Shown piece by piece: positions 60,723 through 64,000 of a stretch of 64,000 bases of DNA; positions within the stretch are counted from its first letter, which is position 1; every line of letters starts with the position of its first letter. The position numbers and the translations under genes are program-made. The DNA comes from Bdellovibrionales bacterium (GTDB taxonomy: Bacteria > Bdellovibrionota > Bdellovibrionia > Bdellovibrionales > DASUEL01). The stretch spans positions 24,516 to 88,515 of the forward strand of contig JBFWOZ010000008.1 in NCBI GenBank assembly GCA_050250255.1. Reading direction: 5' to 3'. The notes below the pieces were generated by a model. That model ran no database searches. It was not told the origin of the DNA and saw nothing but the letters and a program-made list of their open reading frames with translations.

Positions 60723-61439
60723 ATGAGTTTTTCTGTACCGACGGTCACCCGCATGTGGGCGGAGAAACAATCCATCCCTTTAAAATATTGGGCGAGTATC
60801 GAGAGCACAAACACTCAAGCAAAAAATGATTCTCTTAATGAACCGTTTATTTTGTATCTCACCTCACACCAAACCGGAGGCCGCGGACGCGGCACAAACA
60901 CTTGGACCGACGCGAACGAGCCTTCGTCTCATTTTCTTTTATCGTCATGGTGTTTTCGCATGGATAAAAATCCTCAACCCATTGCGAGTCCTCTCATGGG
61001 ACTTGCGCTCTATCAAGCCGCGAGTCGCGTGTGGCCAAAACTTCATTGGAGTTTAAAAGCCCCGAACGATTTGTATTTAGAAGGCAAAAAAGTAGCGGGT
61101 CTTCTCGTAGAAACAGTAAAAATGGGTCGCGAAGTAAGAATCGTTATTGGACTCGGCATGAACGTGTTCTCCCATCCTCCCGTAGAGCTTGCCGGCTCAA
61201 TTGCAGAATTTTATCCCGAAGTGAACGAAGAAGAATGGCATCGATTTCTAACCGCATGGCTCAAGGAATTACACCGAACAAAATCTCAATGGGCAGAATC
61301 TGTGATGAATCATTCTGCCTGCCGAGACCTCATGACAGCACTCAATCGCTGGCCCTTACTCCCAGAAAAAATCGAACGCGTCGACCCGAGCGGGAGTTTG
61401 CAAACACCTTCGCGTATATACAGTTGGTTTGACCTTTAG
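60723..61439 (+). CDS. birA: biotin-protein ligase, catalytic domain only (no HTH)
   Basis: STN, QTGGRGRG..W, LKAPNDL....KKVAGLLVE, IGLGMNV. Confidence 0.9.
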   Translation: MSFSVPTVTRMWAEKQSIPLKYWASIESTNTQAKNDSLNEPFILYLTSHQTGGRGRGTNTWTDANEPSSHFLLSSWCFRMDKNPQPIASPLMGLALYQAASRVWPKLHWSLKAPNDLYLEGKKVAGLLVETVKMGREVRIVIGLGMNVFSHPPVELAGSIAEFYPEVNEEEWHRFLTAWLKELHRTKSQWAESVMNHSACRDLMTALNRWPLLPEKIERVDPSGSLQTPSRIYSWFDL

Positions 61440-61447
61440 CTTTTCCG

Positions 61448-61502
61448 AAAGTACGGACACACTTTTGGGACGCACTAAGTCCCAAAAGTGTGTCCGTACT
61501 TT
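61448..61502. repeat. perfect 24-bp inverted repeat (REP-doublet-like hairpin, possible bidirectional terminator)
   Basis: AAAGTACGGACACACTTTTGGGAC-gcactaa-GTCCCAAAAGTGTGTCCGTACTTT. Confidence 0.9.
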
Positions 61503-61547
61503 TTAGGCTTTTTCCGTTTGAGGTTGGGTAGCCCATCCGTGGTCTTT

Positions 61548-61634
61548 ACTTTTAAAAATTCGCGCTGCCGCATCCCCTACGTTGGGGGACCCTCGGCAGG
61601 GCGCTCAGCCCTAGCGGGCCAAGTTTTGAAAAGT
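61548..61634. repeat. GC-rich multi-stem element abutting the HNH stop codon
   Basis: ACTTTT/AAAAGT ends; CTGCCG/CGGCAG, TCCCC/GGGGA and AGGGC/GCCCT stems. Confidence 0.55.
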
Positions 61635-61635
61635 T

Positions 61636-62439
61636 CTAATGTGTATGCGTTAATCTGTGATGACCTGAACAAAGAGTCGTGAGATTCTCAAAAGTATCTT
61701 GGCCTCCCTTGCTCTTTGGAATCACGTGGTGCGTGTGTAACCATTTTCTTTCAGTGCAGCGCTCACCTTTTTGGTTTCGGTGCGTACACTGGCCTTGATC
61801 ACGCAATTGTATGTGTCCCGGGACAGAGAAATTCGCGCGATGCTGTAATTTCTGAGCTTTTTGTACAGGATCCTTCTTCTCTAGATAGAGATTGAGCAAA
61901 GCTTCAAGAGTCTCTTCAAGACTCACATGTTTTTGTTGTCGCTGAGACTCCAGTTCTTGAGCGCGTTTCAATTTTTGCTGAAGTTTTTCAGAAATCCCCA
62001 TTTGTAGACTGAGCCTTTCTTCACTTACAAATTTCATTCGCTCAGGAGTCGCTTCTTTGGGAGAAGCTTTCGCGACTTGCTGTTCGAGCTTGGCTTTAGG
62101 GAGCTCAATGGCCATCTTGAGCCATTCGACTTGATTAGCTTTGTTAAGGATTGGGGTAATCTTCCTTGCTTTGGAAACCGTAAGATTACCTGCTTGAATC
62201 GCTTGTTTTAGTGCGGGTACTTCTTTTGATTTTCGGGCAACGGTGATGAAATTAGAAGCGACGCTCTCACTGAGTTTCAAAACTGTTGTCGCATAGTCGT
62301 ACAGACTTTTACAATGGTGTTTCAAGTACACGCGATGTTCATCGACTTGCTGAAGAATATCGATCAAATCGCTTTCGGCTTTTCGAAAACGACCGGCAAC
62401 TTCGAGAGCTTTTTCGTGAATTTGTAGATGTTTTGTCAT
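61636..62439 (-). CDS. HNH endonuclease with long helical N-terminal domain (copy 2)
   Basis: AAGGAG RBS before ATG 62439 gives 267 aa, the same length as copy 1; ungapped alignment, roughly 70-75% identical by eye. Confidence 0.9.
   Translation of the reverse strand: MTKHLQIHEKALEVAGRFRKAESDLIDILQQVDEHRVYLKHHCKSLYDYATTVLKLSESVASNFITVARKSKEVPALKQAIQAGNLTVSKARKITPILNKANQVEWLKMAIELPKAKLEQQVAKASPKEATPERMKFVSEERLSLQMGISEKLQQKLKRAQELESQRQQKHVSLEETLEALLNLYLEKKDPVQKAQKLQHRANFSVPGHIQLRDQGQCTHRNQKGERCTERKWLHTHHVIPKSKGGQDTFENLTTLCSGHHRLTHTH
61814..61825. repeat. 12-bp perfect palindrome inside HNH copy 2
   Basis: TGTCCCGGGACA at the position homologous to TGTCGCGCGACA of copy 1. Confidence 0.9.
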
Positions 62440-62707
62440 AAATTTCTCCTTTAACGAAAGAGTTAGCGTGACCAGACCATAACACATGTTTTTTAAATGC
62501 AATTTTTATGAAAATCGAAATAAGAAAATGAACTTTTTAAAACATATTTAAACGTTAGTAATCAGCTTATGACGAATGCATTTCCAGAAATGAATCGAAA
62601 CTGGAGAAATTTACAAATGCACAGCCGAACTGCTCTTATAAATTGCGAGAAACAGGTCAAATTATTTTTTCACTTTTCATATTTATTTTTCTAACAAGCC
62701 GCTACAC
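62440..62707 (-). promoter_or_regulatory. upstream region conserved with HNH copy 1
   Basis: GACCATAACA 62475, TTTTTAAAACATATTTAAAC 62534, TTCATATTTATTT 62676, CTACAC 62702. Confidence 0.65.
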
Positions 62708-62771
62708 ATTATTGCATACAAGTACGCATTGAATAGTCTTCCGCTATTTAAAAATTCTTCCTCCCAAATGG

Positions 62772-62800
62772 ACTTTTATTAGGCTTAGCCTAATAAAAGT
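62772..62800. repeat. 14-bp perfect inverted repeat with 1-nt spacer
   Basis: ACTTTTATTAGGCT-T-AGCCTAATAAAAGT. Confidence 0.85.
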
Positions 62801-62908
62801 ATGCGACGAAAACCCAAACTCCTAGAAATCACAGAAATTCATTGAGGCGCAAGCATGACCTAGCTCAACTCGCGAATCAGCTACTACAGCAGATACGAAA
62901 TAAAACCT

Positions 62909-63946
62909 TTATTCATCTTGAGTACAAAACTTGTTTTTGAATTTAGGGTCATAAATGAAGCACCCTATGTAGGCTTTTGGGTCTGCATGCGTCTCATCTT
63001 CTTGACCATCACAGATCCATACCAATCCGGCAGTTCCCCATTCGCCAGCAAAGACGATGTCCGCAAAAGCTTCATCGGCCCAACGATCAAGATTCACTCT
63101 CTTACGAAAATCACCACTCGTTCCGTTATAATAAGAATGAAGACCTTTCGTCACGCAGTCAGCTCCATCTTTTCCGATATAATCAGAAAGATCGCGAGCT
63201 GTTTCCTCAAAACTTGGTGTTCGCAACTTTTGTTCGGAAGATTCTTTCTGCCATCTACGACATGAATGCCCTAACTCATGAAGCAGTACTTTATCAATAC
63301 AATCTGCCGTAAAACAATTTGCAATCCTTCCGGTTGAAAGTTCAATCTCGGCTATAGTATTTTGACGGATTTGTGCCAGCTGACTCTCCACACCCAGGCC
63401 AACAACAAGATGTAGTTTTGTTGCTGACCAACGTTCTTTACAATTTTGATTGTTACCACAGCAATGAAATTGCATAGCGGGATCTTGCGTAAGGAGTTTA
63501 AATTTCAGAGCCGTGTATTGAAACGCTTTTTCTCGATGGCGTACGAGCTGATCATCTGAAATTCCCTGACCAGCAGGGCAGATGCTACCCGTCTTCTGGG
63601 CAAGAGCACCAAAAGCATAGGATGATGTTGTGTGATGTTTCGCAAAGGCCTTAGTCACTTCACAGATTTGATACACCTTCTCTGGCTTACATAAAGCTTT
63701 GGTGATCTTCAGATCAGGTAACCGTGGCATATATTGATCAAGATCAACTACTTTGCATGTATCTTTTTTCATGGATTTTAGGGCGTTACTAACCACTGCG
63801 AGTGCATCTAAAGGAACCACTCTTTCTGGAGCGAGAGGAACACAATTGAAGGCATCGTCTGCAGCGTGCGCCGCCTGCACAAAAATGATAAAAAATAATG
63901 AGATGATTTTACACTTCACTGAGTAGCTTTTCGGAAAAAGCAGCAC
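62909..63946 (-). CDS. secreted Cys-rich putative zinc metallopeptidase
   Basis: Signal peptide ending AHA; VLLHELGH plus downstream EAFAD; many Cys; start uncertain. Confidence 0.65.
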   Translation of the reverse strand: MLLFPKSYSVKCKIISLFFIIFVQAAHAADDAFNCVPLAPERVVPLDALAVVSNALKSMKKDTCKVVDLDQYMPRLPDLKITKALCKPEKVYQICEVTKAFAKHHTTSSYAFGALAQKTGSICPAGQGISDDQLVRHREKAFQYTALKFKLLTQDPAMQFHCCGNNQNCKERWSATKLHLVVGLGVESQLAQIRQNTIAEIELSTGRIANCFTADCIDKVLLHELGHSCRRWQKESSEQKLRTPSFEETARDLSDYIGKDGADCVTKGLHSYYNGTSGDFRKRVNLDRWADEAFADIVFAGEWGTAGLVWICDGQEDETHADPKAYIGCFIYDPKFKNKFCTQDE

Positions 63947-64000
63947 ATCTCTGAATGCTCTTACAGACCTTCGTCGTGAACTACAACCCCAACCGCTACT

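Noticed and set aside
61488..61682. 64-aa ORFs across the birA-HNH gap
   Set aside because: They run through hairpin repeats with no RBS; better explained as non-coding elements.
62440..62502. N-terminal extension of HNH copy 2 (288-aa ORF call)
   Set aside because: The RBS and the alignment with copy 1 place the start at 62439.
61636..62707. Classical insertion sequence
   Set aside because: No DDE or HUH transposase motifs, and no terminal inverted repeats or target duplication shared by the two copies.
1..64000. tRNA, rRNA, riboswitch or prophage
   Set aside because: No cloverleaf, rRNA-like tract, recognisable riboswitch or phage structural gene was seen by eye; a covariance-model search was not possible.

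Overview
64-kb bacterial chromosomal segment, about 43-45% GC by eye. It is most consistent with a Bdellovibrionota/Oligoflexia-like organism (inference from a TIGR02147/DUF4423 regulator paired with a secreted protein, a RomR-like regulator and many orphan secreted proteins). Most of it is housekeeping: the end of a surface-glycan locus, copA-like oxidase, lexA, CPA2 antiporter, mepA, carbonic anhydrase, typA, a nucleoside-type ABC transporter, an AsmA-family protein, lon, glpK, oxyR-ahpC-ahpD, def-fmt-rpe-hutHUI, lptG, romR-like, nadC and birA. I saw no rRNA, tRNA, CRISPR array, transposase or integrase. Main leads: (1) Two 267-aa paralogous HNH endonuclease genes share about 250 nt of upstream sequence. 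Each carries a DNA palindrome TGTC-N4-GACA at the same codons, where DNA symmetry is kept but the protein sequence is not. The palindrome of copy 1 recurs outside the gene, inside an array of small AT-rich secreted-protein genes that are each preceded by a shared 20-nt motif. (2) An unannotated 41-aa ORF has the RNA architecture of a type I toxin. (3) Candidate operators for LexA and the TIGR02147 protein. (4) Several REP/MITE-like hairpins. All family calls come from motif recognition; no database search was run.
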